Shown: one piece after another, positions 50,631 to 64,000 of the stretch | Numbering within the stretch: position 1 is the stretch's first letter | Layout: every line of letters begins with the position of its first letter | Assembly (NCBI GenBank): GCA_030390025.1 | Contig: CM059431.1 | Span: forward strand, 118,732,001 to 118,796,000 | Direction: 5' to 3' | From: Squalus acanthias | Lineage: Eukaryota | DNA length: 64,000 bases | Translations under genes and position numbers: made by a program | The notes under the pieces: model-generated | What the model was told of the DNA's origin: nothing | The model's database searches: none | What the model saw: the letters and a program-made list of their open reading frames with translations, nothing else

Positions 50631-51832
50631 AGTAGATCCAGCAGTGATCAGGAGGATTCTTGCGGAAGTTCAGGAAGGGCATTCACCTCAATTCTACCCT
50701 TTTTGTGAGCGGCGTTTAGCAATCCCTTTAAGAAACGTTGGTTTGCCTGCTACAACATGGTGCAAGTGGGCGAGAGTAGAGCAGCGTGGGCGCTGCGCGT
50801 TTAACTATAAAATTGCATTGGGGTCCGAAGTAGATCTTAGAACCCTAATCTGCATATAATAATGAGACTCCTGTCTGTTTCCGGCGGGAGCCCTTGCCGC
50901 CTATTTCCTGACCATTCCAAGATCTCAGCAGGCGCGAAGACGGCGGGAAGAAGATGGTAATTGCACTGCAAATATGGTTCGCCATCTTGGCCCTGAACTT
51001 TGGTGGGGGTTCTACCCGCTATAACTTTGGTGGGAGATTTGGAGGAACCACCAGAGAAACTGGTGTTTGGGGGTTTCATTGATCTCCTGCAGAGGTTACA
51101 GCAAGAGATTGAGAGAGGCTCTGCTGAATATTAGGGCCCTTTAGTTGGCACCTGATTGGAGCTTGAAAACTAGCAGTGCATAGTTCACATACATTGACCC
51201 CCCCACCCCCCCCCCCCAACCTTTCTGACAATGATCTCCAGGTGCATCCCAGTGAGATGAGCTACAATGAGCTGAATAGCTTTTATATTCTTAGCTATGG
51301 ACAGCTAAGAACTCATTATTCTTGTCTTATTCTCATTTTTTTTCAAAAATATGGAGTAGAAAACTTAACTTGCTGCTTTTCGGTTACTGTTGAACCATGA
51401 TGAATGAGGTGCTGTGCATTTAGCATAGTTTTTAGCATCCTAAGTCCCAATTTTTGCACAAGTTGCACATTGTGTCGGCATGGCAAAAATTGCTTTAGCT
51501 CCAAGATAAATATAAAAAATGACTTGACAACCCTCTATGAATTTTTTTTTAGCACTCTGGATATGCAGGGAAAGTTATACTAGTTAAGCAAATAGTACGT
51601 CAAAGTTTCCTGCATGCCACGCATTTTCTTCTTAGTTCCATACGGACATTAATGTACACAGGGGATTCAGTAGATGTAAATAAGATGCTTTTTAGAATAG
51701 AGAAAGCAATGTTGGAAGGATACTCTCACATATGCCAACGTTGCATAAAAAGGGAGGGCACAGTTTCTGATTGCAAAAGGGAAACTTAATAAAGGTACCA
51801 GGAAGTAAATTGTTACACAGAGGATAATCAGG

Positions 51833-53534
51833 AATTGTGGCCAACTTGTTTTTTTTCTTCCAAAAGAAATCAATTTTATGGATGTAAACATTTTGAAGAA
51901 CCTAACACGTGCCAACTTTTTGTTTCACATGTTGTCTCAGCCCACGTGTGCATTACAAAGAATAATGGCCCAAAATTTGCGATCGGAGGCTTCCCGCGGG
52001 CAGATACCTCCGACCAGCAAAAAACTTCCGCATTTACCTGGTGGGCCGGGAATTATGGAGGCTTGCGATCCTGGGCCTCTCCGGGTCCGCGCGGGCAGAG
52101 GCCCACGTATCCCAGGGGCGCAGGCGGTTCGCAAGCGCCCCTGGGATCACGTGAGCCGACCCAACCAATAAAAGAAGGGAATACCCATTCATACTTATGG
52201 GAGTTCCGTACGTACGGAATCCCCATAAGTATGAATGGGGATCACTTAAAAAATACACGAACACATAAAATACATTTTTTTTAAATTACATATTTAAAAT
52301 AAATTAAAATGCCATTTAATTAAATATTTTTAAACGAAAATTTAATTTTTGGCAAAAAAGGTTTTATATGTTTTAACGGGGCTAAAGATAAACTTACCTT
52401 ATTGGACAGGGTTTTTAATGCATAAATGACTGATAACATTTTATTTTTCTATTTTTTAAAACTCTTATGCTGGTAAAAGTAGGCCTTACGCCTGCTTTTA
52501 CCAGGCGTAAGAATATCACAGGCATTCAGCGGGCAGAAGTTGGGCAAATAGCGCAACTCTCCACCCGCAGAGGCCCATCTCCCGGGGATGCGGAGGATCT
52601 GCCAAGAAGATTCTTGACAGATTGCATGTTTTAGCGCATGTGCTTTGCATGCCTGAACCCTGAACTTGCGCGGCCCCCTACGGGCGCGTACACACCTCGT
52701 CCGCATCCGTAGGGGTCGCAAAATATAGCCCAATGTGTATATTGATCTTTAGCACTATTATGCTCCATGGCAAAGTGCCAGCAGTAGGCACAAGTGGAAG
52801 TCACATGTCATTCTACCCAGCAATACCTCGGTGCCCTCGGAGAAGAAAATTGAGTTTAGTTTCTGGATTAACCTTCCGTCTTTAAGTTTACTTTTACCCA
52901 TTATTAATATATTCCCATTAATATACAGTCTGGGTTGTTGTTTTTGTTGCTAATACCAGATTTTGGGTTGTAGCAGAGCGGCCACAAATGGAAACTGAGC
53001 CGGAGAGCCATTCCACCAGTTCTCAGGCATCAGCTGCCACGTCTGGGACTTTCTGCCAGAAGAACCAGCCAAAGTAGAATAAGCCCACCCATATTTGGGT
53101 AGCAATACTCAAATTATAGAACAATGACAGAAATACATCATTCAAAATATTTCCCCTCATTCACACCTTAGCAACAGTGGGACTCAGGAACACCGTTGCG
53201 TTCCTGGAATCCAGCGTTGCCAAGGCAGCGGAGAGAGGTTTAACAATTAAAGGGTTGCGTTGCCTTCTGTCATTGATTACACTGGGCAAAATGAGCGATC
53301 TGAAAAATGTTAATCCAAATTTAATGTTCAACCGGCACTCTCATGCTAGTGTGGCAGGAATCGCAGCCTTTTTCTTCTCCTCCACCTGAGGCAGGCAACC
53401 AGGCAACTGTGGAAACAACACTGGCTGCCCATCAACAGCGTTATAGTGGGCCTGACCCCAGAAGATCCGCTCGGGCTAGGATGAAGATAATGGGCATGGC
53501 ACAAAGCCTGACCGGCCACAAATTCAGCAGTGTT
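51833..53534. repeat. Duplicated segment, copy A (contains a MITE)
   Basis: Direct homolog of 60874-61773; flanked by 30-bp direct repeats 51811-51840 and 53531-53560 (28/30 identical). Confidence 0.88.
51967..52731. mobile_element. Harbinger-type MITE
   Basis: TIR GGCCCAAAATTTGCGA / TCGCAAAATATAGCCC, TSD AAT; absent from copy B of the duplication. Confidence 0.85.
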
Positions 53535-53988
53535 ACACGGAGGGTAATCAGGAATTGTGGAAGAGAGCAGGACACTGGACTCATTTAAAAAAACACCGAT
53601 ATGCTACAATGGAAAGATGTTTGGCTTGATATTACAGGAGAATTAAATAAACTAGATCAAAAGGCCTTTTTCATCAAGACCTAACTTGTGATGTGTTGAT
53701 CAGTCTGATTTCAGAAAGGTCTCGGGGGTGAAATGGGATTAGGCCGGAAAACGGGCACGGGGAGCACGAATCGCGATCTGCCCGCGCCCGTTAAAATTCA
53801 TGCTGCCTGCTCATTATAATGATTGGAGCGCTGAGCTCAACGCTAAACACGCTGCTGGTTGGCTTAGTGCTCAACAGGGGGGGCTATATCGGGTGCAGGC
53901 TACTGGCCAATATATTTTGCCTAGGGTCTCTGCACTACTTAAAGGGGAGATGCTTTGTTGCAGAAGCACCTCATTGTCACTCTGAAGC

Positions 53989-56900
53989 CATGGCTCAACA
54001 GGGAAGAGAGAAGTCAAGGAGGTTCTCAGGAGCAGGACTGGAGGCATTGGTCCTGGGAGTGCTCAGAAGATGTCAGGTCCTCTACCCACAGCGGGGCAGG
54101 AGGCCTTCACGGCAGCACACCAGAAGGCAGTGGGAGAAAATAGCACAATCCATCAGTGTCACTTGTGTTGGCCCCCAGGACCTGGATCCAGTGCCACAAG
54201 AAGTTTAATGACCTCACATGAGTGGTCAAGGTGAATGATTGCATCTTCAAATGCCATATCCAACTAACTGCACCACTAGCCTCACACACTGCTTAATGCA
54301 CCACACCCCATCACTCACCGACCAATAATCTCTGGCAATCACGACTCATACCTCACAATCATAGCTTCACCTCACCCTCACACACTTACAACTGCTGCAA
54401 GACTCACAACCACATCTCACACCTTGCACACACTGCACCAGCTATTCAGCCATGACCGACACATCACCCAAACACTGCACCACACTCACTGACACACTTC
54501 CCTTTCTCTTGCAGGCAAAGGTGGCACACAACAGACGTGAGCAATCGCAGACAGGCGGAGGGGAAGCCAGACTTCAGAACCTCACTGAGCTGGAAGCGAC
54601 AGTGCTGGAGATCTTTGGAGGGGCCCTCACTGAGGTCGTGGTGACCGTCGAGGTTGAAAGCATGGAAGATGACGGTATACTCGTATCTAATTCTTCTTCT
54701 CACATCCCACTTCCACTTCATCCCACAATCTCTTCTCACTTACAAGCTGCTGATGGTGTAAGCATGCACAGCGTGCTTTCCCCCACTCCCCTCACCACAA
54801 CCCAACGCTTGTGCCTTTTTCCTTTCAGATACCCAAGAACTGCCAGCAGCCGAGCCTGTCCCTGAAGCTGCAGAGGAAGCGAGGTTTTTTTTAATTTATT
54901 CGTTCCTGGGATGTGGGGGTCACTGGCGAGGCCAGCATTTATTGCCCATCCTTAATTGCCCTTGAGAAGGTGGTGATGAGCCACCTTCTTGATCCGCTGC
55001 AGTCCGTGTGGTGAAGGTACTCCCACAGTGCTGTTAGGGAGGGAGTTGCAGGATTTTGACCCAGCGACGATGAAGGATCGGCGATAAACTTCCAAGTCAG
55101 GATGGTGTGTGACTTGCAGGGGAACTTGGAGGTGGTGGTGGTCCCATGCACCTGCTGCCCTTGTCCTTCTAGGTGGTAGAGGTCACGGGTTTGGAGGTGC
55201 TGCCGAAGAAGCCTTGGTAAGTTGCTGCAGTGCTTCTTGTAGATGGTACACACTGCAGCCATGGTGCACCGGTGGTGAAGGGAGTGAATGTTTAAGGTGG
55301 TGAATGGGGTGCCGATCAAGTGGGCTGCTTTATCCAGGATGGTTCCGAGCTTCTTGTGTGTTGTTAGAGCTGCACTCATCCAGGCAAGTAGAGAATATTC
55401 CATCACACACCTGACTTGTGCCTTGTAGATAGTGGAAAGGCTTTGGAGAGTCAGGAGGTGAGACACTCGTTGCAGAATACCCGGATTCTGACCTGCTCTT
55501 GTTGCCACAGTATTTATGTGGCTGGTCCAGTTAAGTTTCTGTTCATTGGTGACCCCCAGGATGTTGATGGTGGGGGATTTGGCGAAGGTAATGCCATTGA
55601 ATGTCAAGGGGCGGTGCTTAGACTCTCTCTTGTTGGAGATGTCATTGCCTGGCACTTGTGTGGCGTGTATGTTACTTGCATGTATCAGCCCAAGCCTCAA
55701 TGTTGTCCAGGTCTTGCTGCATGTGGGCATGGACTGCTTCATTATCTGAGGAGTTGCGAATAAAACTGAACACTGTGCAGTCATCAGCGAACATCCCCAC
55801 TCCTGACCTTATGATGGAGGGAAAGTCATTGATGAAGCAGCTGAAGATGATTGGGCCGAGGACACTGCCCTGAGGAACTCCTGCAGCGATGTCCTGGGAC
55901 TGAGAAGATTGATCTCCAACAACCACAACCATCTTCCTTTGTGCTAGGTATGACTCCAGCCGGTGGAGAGTTTACCCCTGATTCCCATTGACTTCAATTT
56001 TACTATGGCTCCTTGATGCCACACTTGGTCAAATGTTGCCTTGATATCAAGGGCAGTCACTCTCACCTCACCTCTGGAATTCAGCTCATTTGGACCAAGG
56101 CTGTAATGAGGTCTGGAGCCGAGTGGTCCTGTCAGAACCCAAACTGAGCTTCGGTGAGCAGGTCATTGGTGAGTAAGTGCCACTTGATAGCACTGTCGAC
56201 GACACCTTCCATCACTTTGCTGATGATTAAGAGTAGACTTATGGGGCGGTAATTGGCTGGATTGGATTTGGCCTGCTTTTTGTGGACAGGACATACCTGG
56301 ACAGTTTTCCACATTGTCGGGTAGATGCCAGTGTTGTAGCTGCACTGGAACAGCCTGGCTAGAGGCGCGGCTAGTTCTGGAGTGCAAGTCTTCAGCACGA
56401 CCGCCGGGATGTTGTCGGGGCCCATAGCCTTTGCTGTATCCAGTGCACTCAGCCATTTCTTGATATCACATGGCATGAATCGAATTGGCTGAAGACTGGC
56501 TTCTGTGATGGTGAGGACGTCAGGAGGAGGCCGATATGGATCATCCACTCGGCACTTCTGGCTGAAGATGGTTGCAAACCCTTCAGCCTTCTCTTTTGCA
56601 CTCATGTGCTGGGCTCCATCATCATTGAGGATGGGGATATTCATGGAGCCTCGTCCTACTGTTAGTTGTTTAATTGTCCACCACCATTCACGACTGGATG
56701 TAGCAGGACTGCAGTGCTTTGATCTGATCTGTTGATTGTGTGATCACTTAGCCCTGTCTATAGCATGTTGCTTTTTAGCATGCATGTAGTCCTGTGTTTC
56801 AGCTTCCCCAGGTTGACACCTCATTTTTAGGTACGCCTGGTGCTGCTCCTCTTCTGCACTAATCATTGAACCAGGCTTGGTCTCCTGACTTGATAGTAAT

Positions 56901-59121
56901 GGTACAGTAAGGAATATGTCGGGCCATGAGGTTACAGATTGTGGTGGAATACAATTCTGCTGCTGCTGATGGCCCACAGCGCCTCATGGATGCCCAGTTT
57001 TGAGTTGCTAGATCTGTTCTGAATCTATCCCATTAAATAAGCTGGTAGTGCCACACAACATGATGGAGGGTGTCCTCAGTGTGAAGATGGGACCTGGTCA
57101 CCACAAGGACTGTACGGTGGTCACTGCTACCAATGCTGTCATGGACAGATGCATCTGTGATGGGTAGATTGGTGAGGACGAGGTCAAGTAGGTTTTTCCC
57201 TCGTGTTGGTTCTTTCACGACCTGCCGCAGACCCAGTCTGGCAGCTATATCCTTCAGGACTCAGCCAGCTCGGTCAGTAGTGGTGCTACCGAGCCGCTCT
57301 TGGTGATGGACATTGGAATCCCCCACCCAGAGTACATTCTGTGCCCTTGGTGTTTCTTCCAAGTGGTGTTTAACACGGAGGAGTATTGATTCATCAGCTG
57401 AGGAAGGGCGGTAGGTGGTAATCAGGAGGAGGTTAACTTGCCCATGCTTGACCTGAAGCCATGAAATTTCATGGGGTCTGGAGTCAATGTCGAGGATTCC
57501 CTCGTGACTGTATAACACTGTACCGCCACCTCTGGTGGGTCTGTCCTGCTGGTGGTACAGGACATACCCAGGGGTGATGAGGGAGGAATCTGGACATTGA
57601 CTGAAAAGTATGATTATGTCAGGCAGTTGCTTGACTAGTTTGTGGGACAGCTCTCCAAATTTTGACACCCGTCTCCAGATGCTGGTGAGGAGGACTTTGC
57701 AGGTTCGACTGGGCTGGGTTTGCTTTTGTCGTGTCGAAGTCGGTGCCCACATCAATACCGGGTGGTTCATCCGGTTTTGTTCTTATTATTATTTTTCGGA
57801 GCGATTTGTTATAACTGAGTGTCTTGCTGGACCATTTCAGAGGGCAGTTAAGAGTGAACCATATTGCTGTGGGTCTGGAGTCACATATAGGCCAGACCAG
57901 GTAAGGACGGCAGATTTCCTTCCCTAAAGGACATTTGTGAACCAGATGGGTTTTTATGACAATCCGATAGTTTCATGGTCACCATTAGTGATACTAGATT
58001 TTTATTCCAGATTTATTTAATTAACTGAATTTAAATTCCCCACCTGCCACGGTGGGATTTGAACTCACTTCTTTTGGATTAATTAGTCCAAGCCTCTGAA
58101 TTACTAGTCCAGTAACATAACCACTATGCTACCATTCCCAACTGAAGGAGAAGAAGGGGCACCATCACTTGATCTGACGCTCCCAGGCACCAGCTCAGAA
58201 AATAGCACAGCACATACTTTAGAGAATAGTATAGAGATGGGATCTGCATGTGGTGAGTCACTGGGCATGAGTGGGCTGCAGCCAGGCTGGTGAAAACGCC
58301 CGCGAGTTCTGTTGCACAGGACTCAGATGATGACTTTGATGGGGCGGCCTTCAGAAGAAGGGTGATGAGCATGCACACAGAATTACTTGGTGCAATGGCA
58401 GGCCTGCCAGAGAACTTCTTGTCAGTGTCAAGGAGCATGGAGACGTCTGGCTCCAACATTACACGGGGCTTTCCACAAAGCATGGAGCTCATAATTTCCA
58501 GAATAGAAATGATGGGCAACTCCAGCAGGGCACTTGTGGACCAAACCATGAAGCTGGATGTGATGGGCAATGTCGCAGCTTCCATTGCAGCACAGTGACC
58601 CAAACGTCTTTGTGCTGCAGTGGAAACTCAGACTGCTCTCATGCAGTCTCAGCTTGCTGCTACGCAAGGTCAAACTGATGCCAACATGGCTGGGTTTACG
58701 AGTGAGAATGGGGCTTGCGGGGTCTCACAGCAGTCCAGCAATGTGTGCTCCAACAAATTGCTAGGAAAGCTGAGGCACCGCCCCGAGGGAGTGGCGGTGG
58801 GTCAGTGGAGCAGGACCCTTCCCTCCTCTCCCAAGATGACAGTATTCCTGTTCCCACCTCTGACACTCCGCCATTGCCCTTGCTGCTGTCTGTCAGCCCA
58901 GACTGCTGCTGCCCATGCCGAGGTGGTGCAGTCTACAGCCGGGCCTTCTTGGCCAAGAGCTGCTCGAGGTCAACCCTCAAGGCCATCTGCAGTCTTCCCC
59001 ATGGAAAGTCAGCAGCTTTCCACCAGCCATGCTGCAGCCACTAGGGTAGCACTGCGTAGGAACACTAGAGTAGGAAAAGGAACACGAAAGACAGACATTA
59101 AGGGAATGCACAACGGTGATT
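53989..59121 (+). pseudogene. Harbinger Myb/SANT-like gene
   Basis: MAQQGREKSRRFSGAGLEALV..WEKIAQ..TWIQCHKKFNDL; exon 2 AKVAHNRREQSQTGGG; last exon split by the LINE at 54885-58139. Confidence 0.78.
54885..58139 (-). mobile_element. LINE family B, apparently full length, with a tRNA-like 5' head and a single APE-RT ORF (degenerate)
   Basis: A box TAGCATAGTGG and B box GAGTTCAAATCC at ~58050-58135; APE motifs at 57033-57700; RT GVPQGSVLGP/FADD; A-rich tail at 54885. Confidence 0.85.
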
Positions 59122-59299
59122 AGTTGACATTGTGTAGTTTTCCACTGGTTCATTTATAAATTATTACTGAATGTTTGTTTTGTGGTGTCTTTCAGTTCAG
59201 CTTTGTGCCCAAGAGGATGCTGTAATGTCCCATTACAGAGGGATAGTAAGGTGGAGAAGTATTGAGCAATGGGGATCTGGGATTTCATTCAGGGGAATT

Positions 59300-60400
59300 G
59301 GATTCTGATGAGGCGCTCACGGACAGTCCATCCAGGAAGGGGATCTGCTGCCTGCCTCCTTCCTTCCTCCTCCTCCTCCTCTTCCTCCTCCCCCTCCTGA
59401 AATGGTCACAGAACCTGTGGTGGCACGGGCTGCACCCTCATGATGGCCAAGTTGTGGAGGATGCAGCAGACCACCACGAAATGGAACACCTGCTCCATCG
59501 TGTACTGACGGGCTCCTCCCGCATGGTCAAGGCAGCAGAACTGTTGCTTCAGCACCCTGATGAGGTTCCTCACGGCAGCATGGCTCTCATTATATGAGTG
59601 CTGGCCACAAGTGGTGGGGTTGCGGAAGGGAGTCATCAGGCAGGTGCAGAGCAGATAACCCTTGTCTCCGAGCAGCCTCGGGTTCGAAGTGGTGGCTGGA
59701 AGATTGCTGGCACAGCGGACTGACGCAGCATGAACGCATTATGACTACTGCCAGAATACCGGGCATTCACCATCATGATGGGATGGGCGTGGTCACTCAC
59801 CAACTGCATATTAATAAGTGGTAGCCTTTGGAGTTGTGGTACATCTCAGGATTGATATGCGGTGCCTGCAAAGCCATGTGTGTGCAATCGATGGCACCCG
59901 GCACCATGGGGAAGCCCGATATCCTGGCAAAGGCACATGCGCACACCTCCTGCTTCTCTCTGTTCAGAGAGAAGACAATGAAGTCCCTTCTCCTGAAGTA
60001 CAGAGCCTCTGTGACCTCCCAGATACAGTGATGGACGGTGAACTGGGAGACGTTAGCTATATCTGCTAAAATTGAGAGCCACGGTGACCTTGAGGGCCAT
60101 TGGCAGTGCCATCGTCTCCCTGCTCTGAGGCTGCAGGTTTGGTTCCAGGAGGTGGCAGATTTCTGTGAATACACTGCTCCTGGCTTAAGTGCAGGTAGGA
60201 GAAGTGCTCTTGGAAGTCCCTAGGTGGGTAAGGGCTCCTGCTGAGAGCCCTCTTGCCCCTCCTCCTCCTCCCTCTGCAAGCAGCTTGTCCTCTTCTTTGC
60301 TGCTTCTACTCAAGCGCGAGGGGGACTTCAAGTGGAGCCCCCATGACTGGGAGCAAGCGGTCTGTGCAGAACCCTTGAAGTCAGAATCAAGGCCTTCTCC
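59300..60400 (-). pseudogene. Harbinger (HARBI1-like) DDE transposase
   Basis: GFPMVPGAIDCTHM..NSKGYH; DKGY..MTPFRNP..YNESH..VLKQQFCCLD..CCILHNLA. Confidence 0.88.
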
Positions 60401-60873
60401 ACCTACAGCACCACTCCCTGTCACCAACTTTAAAAAGCTGTAGAAAGCTCCAAACAGTAACATAAATTTACACAGAGCCAGTAAAAATTAAAAAGCCAAG
60501 TTACCTGCAAGTTGTTGATGATCCCTTTAAATACCACTGGTGGGGGGCCGGCCCTCATGCAGCTGAACACACCTTAAGCTGGTCATGTTTTGGAGAGGGT
60601 GTTGAATCAAGCGGCGAAGTCGAAAATGGCAGGTCGTGCATCAAATCAGCGTTTCTCGCTGATTGATGTCACGATCTACCTCATTATCATTTTTACAGCG
60701 AACACAGGCAACGGCAGCGCTGCCGACCTGCCCAAAATGGTGGTCGTCGCAGGAAGCGCCGGAAGTGGCCAGAAGCGAGGCGGCCGCCATGCCGAAACTG
60801 ACCTTAACAGCCGCGCTAAGGTGCCGAATTATTCAGAAAAATTCCATGTTGCAAATGACATTCGCATTGCAGC

Positions 60874-61773
60874 AATTGTGGTCAACGTGTTTCTATTCCT
60901 CCAAAAGAAATCAACTTTATGAACGTAAATGTTTTGGAGAACAGAACACATGCCTTTTTTTGTTCCACATGTAGTCTCAGACTAAGTGTGCATGACAATG
61001 TCTTCATTAACGATTAATGTGTTTCCTGCTCTTTATTATGAGAAAGTACCAAGTGGAAGATACATGTCATTCTACACAGCTATGCAATAATGACTAAAAT
61101 TGAGTTTAAAGTCTGGATAAACACATGTCTTTAAGTTTACTTTTACTCATTATTAATATATTCCCTTTAATATACAGACTGGATTGTTGTTTTTGTTGCT
61201 AATACCAGATTTTGGGTTGTAGCAGAGCGGCCACAAATGGAAAAATGAGCCGGAGAGCCATTCCACCAGTTCTCAGGCACCAGCTGCCACGTCTGGGACT
61301 TTCTGCCAGAAGAAGCAGTTAAAGTAGAATAAGCCCACCCATATTTGGGTAGCAATACTCAAATTATAGAAGAATGACAGAAATACATCATTCAACATAT
61401 TTCCCCTCATTCACACCTTAGCAACAGTGGGACTCAGGAACACCGTTACATTCTTGGAATCCAGTGTTGCCAAGGCAGCGGAGAGAGGTTTAATAATTAA
61501 AGGGCTGCGTTGCCTTCTGTCATTGATTACACTGGGCAAAATGAGCGATCTGAAAAATGTTAATCCAAATTTAATGTTCAACCGGCACTCTTATGCTAAT
61601 GTGGCCTTATTCCTCTCCTCCACCCGAGGTAGACAACCAGGTAACTGCGGAAACAACACTGGGACCCCATCAACAACATTATAGTGGGCCTGACTCCAAA
61701 AGATCTGTTGGGGTTAGGATGAAGATAAGCCAGAATGGCACAAAGCTTGGCCCACCACAAATCCAGCAGTGTT
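60874..61773. repeat. Duplicated segment, copy B
   Basis: Colinear with 51833-53534 minus the MITE. Confidence 0.88.
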
Positions 61774-62512
61774 CCCTCCAGATGGGAAAATTAGGGCCTT
61801 AATTTATAATTGGATTTTCAGCCCATTGCTTTGAATCTCTTAACATTATAATGGAAGTTCTGGTCAGAATAAAGAAACATTCTAAGCCTGACCAAAATTC
61901 AAATATCCTGTCACTATTGCAAGATGTACAACAGCCACTTGGAAACCTTTATCAGTGAGTCTATGTATAATTAAGGCTGCATTTACAGTACAATTGTGGT
62001 GTCAGTGAAAAGCAAAACCAGTTTGCTCCGACCTATGGTTGTAGTGTGAATACATCCTTAATCATCTCTTTGCTCACTCTTGTCAACCCTCAGCCTACAA
62101 TTTACGTGTACACTCGTTCTTCTGGCTTGTCTATTGTGTCAAACCTGCTACATCAGCTTTTCACAAAATGCAAATCGGATCATTTTTTTGTACCCTTGAC
62201 TCACATTTGTAAAATACTGTTTTTTCCAGCTCAAACCTATAGATACATTGCCCTTTCCTGGCAGCATCATTGAACTCAACTCCTTGGAATTCATCAGTTT
62301 TTAGCTGCTCTATGTTCTCAGCATTTTGTTCTTTCACTCATGATCTGTGGCACTTCTGTGCTTTTAACAGTAATTGCATTTTTCTCTCAAAGGCTATTAA
62401 CCTCAAAGGTTATTAATAATACCAAAGCAACTTCCTGAAATGTAGTGGCAGAAAAGAATTGTCAGAAAGTTAAATGTTAACTAATTGAATAAAAATATAG
62501 TATTATTATGAA

Positions 62513-62603
62513 ATAACAACAGAAAACGCTGGAAAAACTCAGCAGGCCAGGCAGCATCCGTGGAGAGAGAAAGAGAGTTAACGTTTCAGGTCGATGACCT
62601 TTC
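62513..62603 (-). mobile_element. Penelope-like terminal fragment
   Basis: Matches the left arm of 37826-38023; 16-bp TSD ATAGTATTATTATGAA; hammerhead core truncated (ATGA..GAAACGTT, lacking CTG). Confidence 0.75.
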
Positions 62604-64000
62604 ATAGTATTATTATGAACTCTGTCACTGAACAGTATGAAAATAATTGGGTCCATAGGACCAATTCCCTGATCATGAGGAAAATGGCTTTGAGATAGCA
62701 GCATGCTCCTTCCCTCCCAGTTTAGAAGAGTAGGTAGCTGACTTTCCCAGATTTGGTGAGCACAGCTAATTGACATAATTATAATAGACTCCCTGTGTGT
62801 TTTCTACATGTGCAGGGAGCATTGTGGCAGCAGATGGATGGAGAACCAAGAATGCAGCAGCTCTTTAAAGACTGCTGCTCTTAAAAGGCTACCAGTCATT
62901 TCTTCTCTCATACTGACTGTTGTGTCTGACTGCACTGAAGAGGATGGCTATTAATCCAGGACCAACTGCTGGAACTGTCCCTTTTAAAGAGGAGATCTGG
63001 GGGAGAGGGGCGAAAGATTGCCTGTGCGGGATGAAGAAATTTGGGGTAGAACCAGATCTGCTGAGTATTCACCACATGGAAGGACCATTGGAAATCCCAA
63101 TTAGTGGGGTTGCAGGAAGTCTTTCTCCCCACCCACCACCCACCCCATGTCCAGCACCAGCTTTGAAGGCATGCCTGGAGCATTCCTGGGATACGTCAGG
63201 ATTTCTGTTCAACACACCACTCTTGGGCTGAGCAAATGAAAGGTTTAAACTCATCTTACAGGTCTCTTGGTGGTCTAACCAGGTTCTTGGCTTCAACGGC
63301 CGCCCCACTAACTTCCTGGTTGTGGTGGCGTTGGGGTCCTACAGACGTCATAGGACTCCGATTTTGCAAAAAACATATGAGGCTCACTCAAACAGCACCT
63401 CATCTGCCTGAAAAATCAAGCATTTTAAAATTGCAATGGATCAAAGATAGAGTGGATAATTCACCTGCTGCATCTTAACTGTCCCCCACCACCACCACCC
63501 GCCCACCCCCCCCCCCCACCCCGTCCACCACAGATCTGGCATTTGTGAGTTTAAAGAAAGAAAATTTCAAAGAATCACCATAAATGTATTATGATGGGAG
63601 ACTTGTTTGGTGGTGAAGTCCATAAATTTGTCAGATATTATTCTGTGGCCCCAGCTCATGGTGTAATCATTGACAGGTTTCTTATATTTTTCCATCATAA
63701 TTATTGATCAGTACAAGTCCCCAGAAATAGAAAATCTACTAAAATGTTGTATCTTCTACAACAACAGAGGCTCTGAAATTAAGTAATATCTCAGGAATGA
63801 CAGAACACATATTGGTGATTGCTACTGCAATTTAAGATAATCCCGTTGAGAAAGCCTGCAACAGCAGCAGAACGTAAATACAATGAAGCCTCAATCAAAA
63901 TTACTATAAAGCACACTACTGGGAGGCTGAAACAAAAATTCTGCTAATTAGATTGCTCAGTTGGGGTACTCCCTTACAGCCCAGCAAAAGGTGTCAAAAG

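Larger units (their letters stand above)
53724..60830. mobile_element. Harbinger transposon (convergent Myb and transposase genes), degenerate, interrupted by a LINE
   Basis: Myb gene on + (53989-59121), transposase on - (~59300-60400). Ends approximate; paired TIRs not resolved. Confidence 0.75.

Noticed and set aside
53177..53389. Duplicated short ORF MGLRNTVAFLESS.. (also 61427-61684)
   Set aside because: GTG start, divergent C-termini due to an indel, no splice context or homology recognised; treated as non-coding.
58040..58139. tRNA gene
   Set aside because: A/B boxes are present but there is no cloverleaf; it is a retroposon head.

Overview
Repeat-saturated vertebrate genomic DNA. The repeat spectrum (CR1 with esterase ORF1, tRNA-derived SINEs, Penelope-type hairpins, Harbinger/Myb elements) suggests a cartilaginous fish; this is an inference. 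No host protein-coding gene could be supported. The main structure is a 17.9-kb minus-strand provirus (27705-45563). It has two ~0.75-kb LTRs, a 4-bp TSD (ACAG), a tRNA-Arg-type PBS, a PPT, a coiled-coil gag remnant, an integrase fragment and no visible PR/RT. Its env has class-I fusion (F-like) organisation, as expected for lokiretrovirus-like elements. A Gypsy element, two MITEs, a CR1 fragment, a Penelope-type hairpin and a Harbinger (itself carrying a solo LTR) are nested inside it. A second, divergent env of the same type lies at ~138-7830 (+), split by another Gypsy element and a 1.6-kb solo LTR. Also present: a minimal hammerhead ribozyme core in a Penelope-like hairpin, a LINE whose 5' end is a tRNA-like Pol III head, a nearly intact CR1, a second Harbinger, and a ~0.9-kb duplicated segment with a highly conserved core. 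All calls come from reading the sequence and ORF track by eye; no database searches were run.
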